A stretch of 64,000 nucleotides of DNA from the NCBI GenBank assembly GCA_048499675.1, contig JASNZL010000003.1:16241-80240 (forward strand), read 5' to 3'. This stretch comes from Candidatus Zambryskiibacteriota bacterium. Lineage in GTDB: Bacteria; Patescibacteriota; Minisyncoccia; Phycocordibacterales; WO2-35-19. The notes below the pieces were generated by a model. The model was not told the DNA's origin. It saw only the letters and a list, made by a program, of their open reading frames with translations, and did not search any database. This document shows positions 49,792-61,551 of the stretch, piece after piece. Position numbers and translations under genes: made by a program. Numbering within the stretch: position 1 is the stretch's first letter; each line of letters starts with the position of its first letter.

Positions 49792-50268
49792 ATGGATTTA
49801 CATCAACAAATTCAAAACCAAATACCAGATGCAATGCGGACAAAGGATTCTGTAAGACTAACAACACTTCGTGGTGTTTTGTCTAGTTTTACAAATGAGG
49901 CAATGAATCTCGGTAAAAAACCCCAAGATAAACTTACAGATGAAGAAGCAATTGTAGTTATAAAAAGGTTGGTCAAACAAAGGAAGGATTCTATTGAACA
50001 ATTTAAGAAAGGTGGAAGGATGGACTTGGTAGAGAATGAAGAAGCTGAATTAAAAGTTTTGGAAGAATTTTTACCTGCTCAGATGTCGGAAGAAGAAATT
50101 AGAAAAATTGTAAGATTGAAGATTGAAGATTTAAAGATTAACTCCGACGCTGCGGTCGGAGCGATTAAGCCTAATATGGGCTTAATCGTAGGAGCGGTAA
50201 TGAAGGAAACTGGTGGCAACGCCGACGGCGCACTCGTTAAAAAAATAGTTGATGAAATTCTTTCATAA
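49792..50268 (+). CDS. yqeY: GatB/YqeY domain protein
   Basis: AMRTKDSVRLTTLR, KQRKDSIEQFKKGGR.DL, FLPAQMSEEEI, ADG. Confidence 0.92.
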   Translation: MDLHQQIQNQIPDAMRTKDSVRLTTLRGVLSSFTNEAMNLGKKPQDKLTDEEAIVVIKRLVKQRKDSIEQFKKGGRMDLVENEEAELKVLEEFLPAQMSEEEIRKIVRLKIEDLKINSDAAVGAIKPNMGLIVGAVMKETGGNADGALVKKIVDEILS

Positions 50269-50355
50269 ATTATTCTAATTTCTAATTACACTAATTAGCC
50301 TAAAAAATTCCCAATCAGATTAGAACAATTAGAGTACTCAGAATAATTAGGTTAA

Positions 50356-51492
50356 TTATTTAATCACCTTTGCTATCTTATCAGCCAAACCTTTTTCAAA
50401 AGGACTTGGGATTATTTTTTCTGTAGAAATTTTACCCGTAGCTTTTGCAAGCGCTTCCCCCGCTTTTATAAACATTTTATCATTAAACTGTTTAATTTTG
50501 TTTTGGAGAGCGCCTTTGAAAATCCCTGGGAAGGCGAGAGCATTGTTGACTTGATTTGGGAAATCACTTCTACCCGTAGCCACAATAAAAGCTCCTGCTT
50601 TTTTGGCTAAATCGGGCATTATCTCTGGTTCTGGGTTTGCAAGAGCGAATATTATTGGTTTAGGATTCATCATCCTTATCATTTTTTCTGTTAAAACTTT
50701 TGCTTTACTGACTCCAATAAAAATATCTCTGTTTTTTATAACTTCTTCCAAGTTACCTTTTATTTTTTCTTTGTTTGTCTCTTTTGCAATTTCTTGTTTT
50801 TCCTCATTCAAATCTTCTCTTCCTTCATAAATTGCACCTTTACTATCTAATACTATTATATTTTTAAATCCGTATATCAAAAGCAGATCAACAATAGCAA
50901 GTCCTGCCGAGCCAGCACCATTTACTAAAATTTTCACATCTTTCACTTTGCTTTTTCGGAGTTTTAATGAGTTTATAAGCCCCGCCAAAACCACGACCGC
51001 CGTGCCATGTTGATCATCATGCATTACAGGAATATCCAATTCCTTTCTCAATCTTTTTTCAATGTTGAAGCATCTGGGTGCACTTATGTCCTCCAAATTT
51101 ATTGCCCCAAAAACCGGAGAAATATTTTTGACGATTTCCACTATCTCATCTTCATTTTGAGTATTAAGACAAATCGGAAATGCATCTATGTCTGCAAATT
51201 TTTTGAAAAGTGCCGACTTGCCTTCCATTACAGGAATAGACGCATGAGCTCCTAAATTCCCCAAACCCAAAATCGCACTGCCATCACTTACCACTGCAAC
51301 CATATTACTTTTTGATGTATATTCAAAAACCTTCTTGGGATTTTTGGCAATCTGCCTACTTGCCTCTGCCACCCCCGGTGAATAAGCCAAAGACAAATCA
51401 TTTTTGTCTCTGAGAGGCACTTTTGAAACAACTGCTATCTTGCCCCTATGTTTTTTATGTAATTCGAGTGATTTTTTGTATACCTCTTTCAT
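50356..51492 (-). CDS. NAD(P)-dependent malic enzyme
   Basis: LSLAYSPGVA, PVMEGK, LEDISAPRCF, HDDQHGTA, ATGRSDFPNQVNN. Confidence 0.95.
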   Translation of the reverse strand: MKEVYKKSLELHKKHRGKIAVVSKVPLRDKNDLSLAYSPGVAEASRQIAKNPKKVFEYTSKSNMVAVVSDGSAILGLGNLGAHASIPVMEGKSALFKKFADIDAFPICLNTQNEDEIVEIVKNISPVFGAINLEDISAPRCFNIEKRLRKELDIPVMHDDQHGTAVVVLAGLINSLKLRKSKVKDVKILVNGAGSAGLAIVDLLLIYGFKNIIVLDSKGAIYEGREDLNEEKQEIAKETNKEKIKGNLEEVIKNRDIFIGVSKAKVLTEKMIRMMNPKPIIFALANPEPEIMPDLAKKAGAFIVATGRSDFPNQVNNALAFPGIFKGALQNKIKQFNDKMFIKAGEALAKATGKISTEKIIPSPFEKGLADKIAKVIK

Positions 51493-51565
51493 ATTAGAAT
51501 AATTAGTTAATTAGAAATGAGATTAATTCACTTTACAAACTTTCTTGCTCACCTATTCGTTATGA

Positions 51566-51690
51566 TTCGTGTAAATTAGTTTGATTAATAGGTTTTACTT
51601 TCTAACTTGCGCCTTTATGAACTTTTTAACTAATCCCCTTCGTACCTCGTACTTCGTAACTCGTACCTCGTTTTACAAATTCGTGTCCCG
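51566..51690 (-). repeat. Partial third copy of the 221-bp element (right after truB stop)
   Basis: taggttttactttctaacttgcgcctttatgaactttttaactaatcccc..ctcgtacttcgtaactcgtacctcgtttt shared with copy A. Confidence 0.85.
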
Positions 51691-51691
51691 T

Positions 51692-52456
51692 CTACTTTTC
51701 ACTTCCTATTATATCAAACTCGCCGACTTTTGTTCTTTTGATTGAAAGGACTACCGCACCCACTCCTAGAGTGTTGCCCATATCGTTTACCAAGCTCCTT
51801 ATATACGTCCCACTTGATACTTTTGCTCTCCATCTGGCAAGCAAAATAGGGTGATTATACGAATCAAGAAGTTTTTTCCATAGAACCAAAATTTCGTGCT
51901 GTCTAAAATCACCTTTGACTTTTGAAATATCCATAAGTAGACGACCAAAAAATTCTTTTGAAGATAGGGGAGTGAGTCCTTCAAATTTTAGATCATAAAT
52001 TTCTATATCATTTGTCGGTAAATCATCTTCATCCAATACACCTTGCCTTGCTAGCTCGTGAAGTTGTTTTTTGTTGCCTCCTTTTGAAATAGTTTTAGAA
52101 GAATAAAATGGATACTTCTGTTCCCTTTTGCCTTTGTAAATTTCTGCGAGTTTTATTAGTTCTAATTCGTTTATATTCTCTACTTTTTCTACTCTTACAA
52201 TCTTTCCCATAACATCAAATGTATCAGTAGCAAATCCAAATACAGAAATAAACTCATACTCCTTGTCCAAATTCAAAAACTCCTCTTTTCTGTGCACATC
52301 CTCGCCACTTGCTACCAAAAGAACCCCTTCGGCCAAAGGATCAAGCCGTCCGAGGTATGTAAATTTTTCATTTTTAAGCTCTATGTGCGCGTCTCTGTAT
52401 CTCTGAATACATTCAAGCGGTGTTTCGCCTCTATTTTTATATAAATTTAGAATCAT
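51692..52456 (-). CDS. truB: tRNA pseudouridine synthase B-like
   Basis: GRLDPLAEGVL, KEY, TDTFD.MG, SSGTYIRSL..DMG, R..VG. Confidence 0.88.
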   Translation of the reverse strand: MILNLYKNRGETPLECIQRYRDAHIELKNEKFTYLGRLDPLAEGVLLVASGEDVHRKEEFLNLDKEYEFISVFGFATDTFDVMGKIVRVEKVENINELELIKLAEIYKGKREQKYPFYSSKTISKGGNKKQLHELARQGVLDEDDLPTNDIEIYDLKFEGLTPLSSKEFFGRLLMDISKVKGDFRQHEILVLWKKLLDSYNHPILLARWRAKVSSGTYIRSLVNDMGNTLGVGAVVLSIKRTKVGEFDIIGSEK

Positions 52457-52549
52457 CTTATTTTAAGGCATATTTTACTACACACTCCCACAGAAAGCAA
52501 AAACTCTACAAACCACTTGACAATTTCTCTAAATTTGCTATAATTAGTA

Positions 52550-52880
52550 CAGATATACTGGAGGGAAATATTGTCTGGCTATTTACCCTTGCGGTATTTC
52601 TCTGGCCCAAAAGCCAGTGTGTGTTCCAGACCGGATGGAGAGATGTTCCTTGGATCTCTTATGCATCCGCAATCACAGGGATAGGCTACTTAAACGCAAA
52701 CCCGGTAATTAGGTAGCCGAAAACGACCGGTAAGGCGAACCCCCGTAGGGATAAGAACCTGCGCAGAAAACGCCGACATGTCCCCACACTTCCGGCTTAT
52801 GTGGGATAAGACATTTGAAAGCCGTCGGGCCCGCTTCGTCTTCACTCGTATTGAGTTGAGATGAGAAAAGCGGGCCCTTT
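52550..52880 (+). ncRNA. Candidate ~330-nt structured RNA (or leader plus 37-aa micro-ORF)
   Basis: TTGACA-16-TATAAT (52517-52544); consecutive hairpins; GGGCCCGCTT..AAGCGGGCCC-TTT end. Confidence 0.45.
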
Positions 52881-53051
52881 CGTTTGTATAATTATTTCCC
52901 TGTCTTTCTTCTACTTCCCGCAAACCTTTCCCCATTAGTAAGATTCGCGAACATTAGTAATTAGTGGGTTATCTATTTCGAGACCCCGTAAAAAGTTGCG
53001 TTCGAAATCCAACTTAACGAGTCCTAAGGAAAATATATTCATTTACATTTA

Positions 53052-55673
53052 TTATTTTCCTAAGACCTTCTTCAAATATTTACCTGTATAAGAATTTTTA
53101 TTGTTTGCAACTTCCTCCGGTGTTCCTTTTGCAACAATTTTTCCTCCGCCCACTCCTCCTTCAGGACCAATATCAATAATATAGTCGGAAGATTTTATGA
53201 TATCCATATTATGCTCAATTACTAAGACAGTATTTCCTTTGTCCACCAGTTTTTGCAAAATACCGATCAATCTTTTTACATCATCATAATGAAGTCCTAT
53301 TGTTGGTTCATCTAAAATGTAAATGGTTTTTTGAATATGAGGTCTGTATAGTTCACTTGAGATTTTTACCCTTTGCGCTTCACCTCCAGAGAGTGTTGTT
53401 GCAGATTGTCCGAGTTCCAAGTATCCCAAACCTACATCATTGAGTGTTTTTATTCTGTCGTGAATTGCAGGAATATCTTCAAAAAATGTAAGTGCTTCTT
53501 CTACGGTCATTTTGAGTATTTCGTATATATTTTTCTTTTTGAATTTGACTTCAAGAGTTTCTTTCATAAATCTCTTGCCACCACACACATCACAAGGGAC
53601 ATAAACCGTTGGTAAAAAGTGCATCTCTACAGCAATCATTCCATTACCTTCACATGTCTCACATCTACCTCCAGCTCGGTTGAACGAAAATCGTCCGGGT
53701 CCCCACCCTCTCACTCTAGCTTCACTTGTTTCTGCAAACATATCTCTAATATGTGTCCAAGCACCGGTGTAAGTTGCCGGATTTGACCTTGGTGTTCTAC
53801 CTATAGGTGATTGGTCTATTAGAATACTTCGTCCTAAATATTCACTACCTTTGAAAGATGCACAGCTGAATGTTTCGTTACTCCTATATTTTCTTTCAAA
53901 TCTTGCTTGCAAATTTTTGTATAAAATTTCATAAACAAGCGAAGATTTTCCGCTTCCGGAAACTCCCGTCACACAGACGAGACGGCCGAGCGGAATATCC
54001 ACATCCATATTTTTTATGTTGAATATATTTCCATTTCTTATTTGGATTTTGCCTTTGTCTTGATCCCGCCTTTCATCTGGTATTTCAATATAATCCTCTC
54101 CACGCAAATATGAAAGCGTTCTTGAATTAGAATCATTTTTCTTTGCAGTTAACAAATCATCTAAATATCCACTTACTACAATTTCCCCCCCGTGTACTCC
54201 AGCACCCGGACCAATATCTACAATATAATCGGAAGCAAAAATCGTATCTTCGTCGTGTTCTACAATCAAAATAGTATTTCCCAGATCTCTAAGCTCAAGC
54301 AGTGTTTTAATCAATCTATCATTATCTCGCGAATGGAGACCTATTGTTGGCTCATCTAAAACATAAAGAGCGCCGACAAGACCACTTCCTAGTTGGCTTG
54401 CCAAACGAATTCTTTGAGCCTCGCCACCCGAGAGAGTATGTGCCCTTCTGTTTAACGAAAGATACTCAATACCCACGTTTAACATAAATCGTAATCGTGA
54501 TTCTATTTCTCTAATTACCACTTTTGAAATATTCTTTTCTCTTTCAGTTAGTTTTGTATTATCTAAAAACTCAAAGGCGTCCTGTATAGACATATTTACA
54601 AAATCAACAATATTTTTACCTCCAACAAGAACATGTAGCGCCTCCGGTCTCAACCTTGCACCATTACAAACTGGACAAACTTCGTCTCCAAAGAAGTGTT
54701 TTGTACCGAGCCCATTACATTCAGGACAAGCGCCATAAGGTGAGTTAAAAGAAAATAATCTTGGTTCAATTTCAGGATAAGAATACCCATCCTTAGGACA
54801 AGCAAACTTATTTGAAATTATGGCTCTATCACTTTGGTTATCCTTATTGTCTTTGGATTTTTTGACATCTTGGTTCAAGTCCCTAAATGAAAATTCCAAA
54901 AGTCCTTCTGCCTCATCTAGCGCTTTTTCTAAAGATTCACTCAACCTTTCCTCGGCATCTTTTTTATTTTCTACAAAATCTTTTATATTAATAGAATCAA
55001 CTTAGAAGTATGCTAATATCGTGCCTTTTATTTTTTGATAGCTCTATTCTTTCTCTTAAACTCTGTCTTTTGTTGTCTATGATTAGCACTATATCCTTTG
55101 CCAAACATATCGTAGAGAGAAGTTGGTAATATTCCCCTTTTCTACACACTCTCACAACCAGCGCAAACAATTCTAGATATACCGGAAAATCAGGTACACA
55201 CTATTTTTACGACCGTAAGAATAGTGTAATTTCTAGGATTAGGTTTTTTTATTTCATTATTTGATAGTTTTGAATTTCATCTCCACAAAGCCAAGCAATG
55301 AGGTCTAAAACCAATTCTGGGAATATATAAAACACGTAGGTAAGTCATATATTTCTGTAATAGTTGCCACTGTCGAGCGTGGATTGTTTGAGCGGGATTT
55401 TTTGATCGATTATTGCGGGAGAAGGCCAATCTCGTCCACATCTGGCTTCTGCATCTGTCTCAAGAATTGGCGGGCATAAGACGAGAGTGATTCTATGTAT
55501 CGTCTTTGTCCTTCTGCAAAAATAGTATCAAACGCCAAAGAAGACTTGCCACTTCCGGAAAGTCCTGTAAAAGCTATCATTTTGTTGCGAGGCATCTCTA
55601 CGGTAATATTCTTCAGGTTGTGAGTCCTAGCCCCTCTCACTATTAATAAATCTTCTTTGCTTTCTTTTTTCAT
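53052..55673 (-). pseudogene. uvrA: Excinuclease ABC subunit A, broken by many indels at ~55000-55420 (possibly sequencing error)
   Basis: N-terminal [24 protein letters not shown] at 55410-55673; C-terminal two-thirds intact at 53052-54944; the gap retains recognisable UvrA codons (NPRSTVATITEIYD). Confidence 0.9.
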
Positions 55674-55811
55674 ATGCGAAGTAACGAATAGATTAACGAA
55701 TGACTACGAATAAAAATCAAAACCCACCCGTGGTTTGCCCATAGGGTGATACTGTAATAAGAACATTATAACACAAAATACGTAAATATAACAAAGCGCC
55801 CCAAGTCCATA

Positions 55812-56039
55812 CTACACGGACTCGGGGTCACAAGGAATCGCAACGAGTGCGTTTGATATATGGAGTGGTATCTCCTCTGAATAACAAATGATAACTACTT
55901 TTTTTCCACCTCTTATTGTTCTACCAATTTCCCTATATCTACCTTTGCCACCATTTCGAAAACATATGTCAATACTATTGTTTTCGATTTCTTGTGTGGG
56001 TAAGTTAAAAAACCCACCACCATAAACCTGGACTATCAT
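55812..56039 (-). CDS. Orphan small protein cassette
   Basis: AGGAGG SD; sits between uvrB and uvrA. Confidence 0.55.
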   Translation of the reverse strand: MIVQVYGGGFFNLPTQEIENNSIDICFRNGGKGRYREIGRTIRGGKKVVIICYSEEIPLHISNALVAIPCDPESV

Positions 56040-56102
56040 AAAAAAATCCTCCTATATTTATTATATATCCTAATTATTATTTTTTTTGAATAATGTTGAT
56101 AA

Positions 56103-56163
56103 CTACCTTGCAAGCATTTTCTCCAACTCCTTAATCTCGTCTCGTAAAATAGCCGCTGTTTCG
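56103..56163 (-). repeat. Diverged duplicate of the uvrB 3' end
   Basis: Encodes ETAAILRDEIKELEKMLAR* versus uvrB ETAAILRDEIKELEKILSK*. Confidence 0.85.
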
Positions 56164-56221
56164 CCCCAGAAGTACAACAAGTTGACTACAGGACTTCGAC
56201 TCGTTTTTACATATCTTGATT

Positions 56222-58258
56222 TTACTTACTTAATATTTTCTCCAACTCCTTAATCTCATCTCGTAAAATAGCCGCCGTCTCGAAATCCAAAATTTTGACT
56301 GAGGCGTTCATTTGTTTTTCTTTTTGTTTTATAAGTTTAGAAATATTTTTTACTCCTTTTATATCAATAGAAAGCAGAGTACTTACGGCTTTCTTGTGTT
56401 CTCTCTGTAATTGTTCGGTTATATCTTTTATTTCTTTTTTAATTGTTTTTGGAGTGATGCCGTGTTTTTTGTTATATTCTATTTGTATATTTCTCCTTCT
56501 GTTAGTTTCGTTTATGGCTCGCTCCATTGAACCAGTCATTTTATCAGCATAAAGAATAACTCTGCCATCTATATTTCTAGCAGCCCTTCCTATTATTTGT
56601 ATTAATGAGGTCTCACTTCGTAGAAACCCTTCTTTATCAGCATCAAATATTCCAATGAGAGTGACTTCTGGCAAATCAAGACCTTCTCTAAGTAAGTTTA
56701 CACCAACCAAAATATCAAACTCTCCTTTTCTAAATCTGGTAAGAATCTCGATCCTTTCTATTGTTTTGATGTCGCTGTGAAGATATTCAGCTTTAATTTT
56801 CTTTCCTTTACCTAAACCACTTTTTGTTTCTTTGAGATACTCTGATAAATCCTCTGCCATCTTTTTTGTAAGTGTCGTCGCTATCACTCTACCACCCTTG
56901 TTTACATCTTTAAGTGCTTCTTCTATAAAATCCTTGATTTGTCCTTTATAGTTTTTGCTAGCTATTATTGGTTTTATGGAAACCACCGGATCAATAAGGC
57001 CTGTCGGTCTTATAACTTGTTCTACAACCTGCTCCGATTTTTCCTTCTCATATTTGGCTGGTGTAGCTGTTGTATATATGACCTGACCAACTCTTTTTTC
57101 GAACTCATCAAATTTGAGTGGCCTATTATCTTTTGCGCTCGGTAATCTAAAACCATGTTCGACTAGGGTATTCTTTCTTGATGCATCTCCTGCAAACATT
57201 CCACCAATTTGAGGGATGGTCACGTGTGATTCGTCGATTACTGTTAGAAAATCTGGTTTACCATCTTTTGTTTTTGGAAAGTATGAAAGAAGAGTTGAGG
57301 CCGGCTCCCCTGCTTTGCGTCCATCAAAATTACGAGAATAATTTTCTATACCATTACAATACCCAACTTCTTTTATCATTGCGAGATCATAGCTCGTTCT
57401 TCTTTTTATTCTATCTGCTTCTAACAACTTACCCTCTTTTTGAAATTTTTTTATTTGTTCTTTTAACTCTTTTTTTATTTCTTTGATTGCTCTATTTTTG
57501 TCTTCTTCTGCGGTAATAAAATGTTTTGCAGGGAAAAGATAAAATACTTCTATTTCTTCTATAACCTCTCTTGTTATTGAATCAATCTTTTTTATGTTGT
57601 TTATTCCTCCATCTAAAATTTCAATTCTAAAAATCACTTTTTCAGAAACTGGCATTATTTCCACAACATTACCAATTGCTCTAAATGTGCCCGGGGTCAA
57701 ATCAGCGTTTGTTCTTTCATAATGAATATGAATCAGCTGTTTTAAAAAATCATTTCTTAAAAATTTTCCACCCTTTTCGATTTTCATATTTACTTTTTCA
57801 TATTCGTCAGGTGAACCGAGTCCATAAATACAGGAAACTGAAGCAACAATAATTACATCTTTTCTTGTGAGAAGCGCTTGAGTTGAAGCGTGGCGGAGTC
57901 TTTCTATTTCCTCGTTAATCATTGCCTCCTTTTCGATATAAGTATCAGTGATTGGCATATATGCTTCGGGCTGATAAAAATCGTAGTAAGAAACAAAATA
58001 ATGCACCGCATTGTCGGGGAAAAATTCTTTGTACTCTTGAGCAAGTTGAGCAGCGAGAGTTTTGTTGTGTGCTATTACAAGTGTTGGTTTGCCAATTTTT
58101 TCTATAACATTTGCCACGGTAAAGGTTTTACCACTTCCTGTTACACCCAAAAGAGTCTGGTGGTTCAAACCTTTTTTGATACCCGAAACAAGCGCCTCAA
58201 TCGCCTTCGGTTGGTCTCCTGCCGGAGCAAATTTACTTTTTAGTTTAAATGTATTCAT
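56222..58258 (-). CDS. uvrB: Excinuclease ABC subunit B
   Basis: GDQPKAI, GVTGSGKTF, YYDFYQPEAY, DESH, DADKEGFLRS. Confidence 0.98.
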   Translation of the reverse strand: MNTFKLKSKFAPAGDQPKAIEALVSGIKKGLNHQTLLGVTGSGKTFTVANVIEKIGKPTLVIAHNKTLAAQLAQEYKEFFPDNAVHYFVSYYDFYQPEAYMPITDTYIEKEAMINEEIERLRHASTQALLTRKDVIIVASVSCIYGLGSPDEYEKVNMKIEKGGKFLRNDFLKQLIHIHYERTNADLTPGTFRAIGNVVEIMPVSEKVIFRIEILDGGINNIKKIDSITREVIEEIEVFYLFPAKHFITAEEDKNRAIKEIKKELKEQIKKFQKEGKLLEADRIKRRTSYDLAMIKEVGYCNGIENYSRNFDGRKAGEPASTLLSYFPKTKDGKPDFLTVIDESHVTIPQIGGMFAGDASRKNTLVEHGFRLPSAKDNRPLKFDEFEKRVGQVIYTTATPAKYEKEKSEQVVEQVIRPTGLIDPVVSIKPIIASKNYKGQIKDFIEEALKDVNKGGRVIATTLTKKMAEDLSEYLKETKSGLGKGKKIKAEYLHSDIKTIERIEILTRFRKGEFDILVGVNLLREGLDLPEVTLIGIFDADKEGFLRSETSLIQIIGRAARNIDGRVILYADKMTGSMERAINETNRRRNIQIEYNKKHGITPKTIKKEIKDITEQLQREHKKAVSTLLSIDIKGVKNISKLIKQKEKQMNASVKILDFETAAILRDEIKELEKILSK

Positions 58259-58417
58259 AAATTAGGCAGACTTAATATGCCACTTCTCGCCCCGTGATGA
58301 GCCTGTCCCGTGAAGCTTTGCTTTTTACGGGACGGAGCGAATTAAATATTTTAAAAAGAGTAATAATTATAACACAAAAATGGCGCGTACAGAAGCACGC
58401 GCCATAGTTCCCCTAAG

Positions 58418-59194
58418 TTAAGGGAAAATATCCAAATTCTCTTGTTTCGCCCAGTTCTCTTGTGTGTGACCTCGTCTCTTAATGAAGCGAGCACACTCGG
58501 GATGCGGTATGAATGCGCTTACACAAATACCTCCCCTTTCGTAATCACCCAAAACCTCCCTGTGTACAAATGGATTAACTTTGCCTCCACTCGCCTCAAA
58601 AATCTGAAAACCCGGAAAAGCAATAATTTCGTTAGGCCCCTTCTTGAGCTTCTCCCAACTAACACCATTCCACTTTTCTGTTGTCACATTTCTAGTAAAG
58701 AGAACAACAGAGAGAAGACCGACATCAAAGTGTGGTCTTGAAGTGACGGCAGAGATGTTGTCGTTATATCTAACAAACCGTAGGGTCGTAAACTTTGAAT
58801 AGTCTTCGAGCTCATACCTCCTAAAACCAATTTCCTCATGCAAGGAAGCAATAATATCTGCGATTCTCTTACATAAAGATCTTGCTCTCGAGAAAAAGGC
58901 CTTTGCTTCTGGAAACTGCTTCAATAGATGATACTTTGAACCAGCAAGCAAAAACAATTCATTGGCCAAGTTGTAGTGGTAGACGATTCTTGGCATGGAA
59001 GTCCTGTCCTTTTGAAAAAAACCAGGATCCAGCCACGGGCTTCCAAATTCACTCAAATTGAAATCAACGAGTGAATTTACCTTCAGTTGCGAAAATGTCC
59101 TCCAAGCATCGAGAGCGTTTTCAACACTCTCAATCATTCTTGGATCCATTCTCACCCTTACTATTGGTTGTTCCGCAAGTCTGTGATGCAACAT
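58418..59194 (-). CDS. 2OG-Fe(II) oxygenase-like protein (start MLHHRL)
   Basis: TTLRFVRY..RPHFDVGLLS (HxD) ... PFVHRE (distal His); AAGGAGG SD; terminator 58381-58404. Confidence 0.7.
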   Translation of the reverse strand: MLHHRLAEQPIVRVRMDPRMIESVENALDAWRTFSQLKVNSLVDFNLSEFGSPWLDPGFFQKDRTSMPRIVYHYNLANELFLLAGSKYHLLKQFPEAKAFFSRARSLCKRIADIIASLHEEIGFRRYELEDYSKFTTLRFVRYNDNISAVTSRPHFDVGLLSVVLFTRNVTTEKWNGVSWEKLKKGPNEIIAFPGFQIFEASGGKVNPFVHREVLGDYERGGICVSAFIPHPECARFIKRRGHTQENWAKQENLDIFP

Positions 59195-59304
59195 TAAATA
59201 ACCTCCTTCGGTACAATAACACAATTATTTGAATTTTCAACTATTTAAAAAAGGATACACCCGCTGTTCATATGACTTTTGAACAGCGGGTGTTTTTTGT
59301 GGAA

Positions 59305-59721
59305 TCAGGATTCGTAGTGAGAGGGGTCTGGAGGGACTCCATGCATAAAATCCCAATATGGAAGAGCAGTTCTTGACAAGAGCAACACGCGCCATTGGTC
59401 ACTCGTGACCAATATTGTACTAAAAAAGTAAGGGGATCGAGATATCTCAATATCCTCAATTCTACCTTTGGGACATACAGAAGAGAGAGATTGGAGGATA
59501 TCAATTTCTGAATATGGTGCACATCTCAACCAAACTTCGCCATTTTTTGCTATGACCAGTGTAGCCCCCAAACTATCATCATGCCACTTACCCCAAACAT
59601 CTTTTTTAAAATGTACAGATCTTTGTTTATCACCGGCTTTGTAAGGAAATCCGGTAATATGAATGAAACCGTGTTGCCTCAAATTCGAGACTTCGGCATC
59701 ACTAAGTGTTGTTATGTACAT
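59305..59721 (-). CDS. Orphan protein cassette
   Basis: AGGAG SD; hairpin ACACCCGCTGTTCA..TGAACAGCGGGTGT at 59257-59293. Confidence 0.6.
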   Translation of the reverse strand: MYITTLSDAEVSNLRQHGFIHITGFPYKAGDKQRSVHFKKDVWGKWHDDSLGATLVIAKNGEVWLRCAPYSEIDILQSLSSVCPKGRIEDIEISRSPYFFSTILVTSDQWRVLLLSRTALPYWDFMHGVPPDPSHYES

Positions 59722-59769
59722 GTTTTACTCCTGTAGACATTCTTCATACAAACACCAAAATGTCAATGC

Positions 59770-61474
<1,705 letters not shown>

Positions 61475-61551
61475 TTTTAATTAGTATATATACTATTAAT
61501 ATTTAAAATATATCACATTGCTATATTATTTAAAACAATTAAAATATACTT

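Noticed and set aside
52550-52880. RNase P RNA (contains CCGGCTTAT)
   Set aside because: No GAGGAAAGTCC 5' P4 strand or ACAGAA context; tmRNA and SRP signatures also absent
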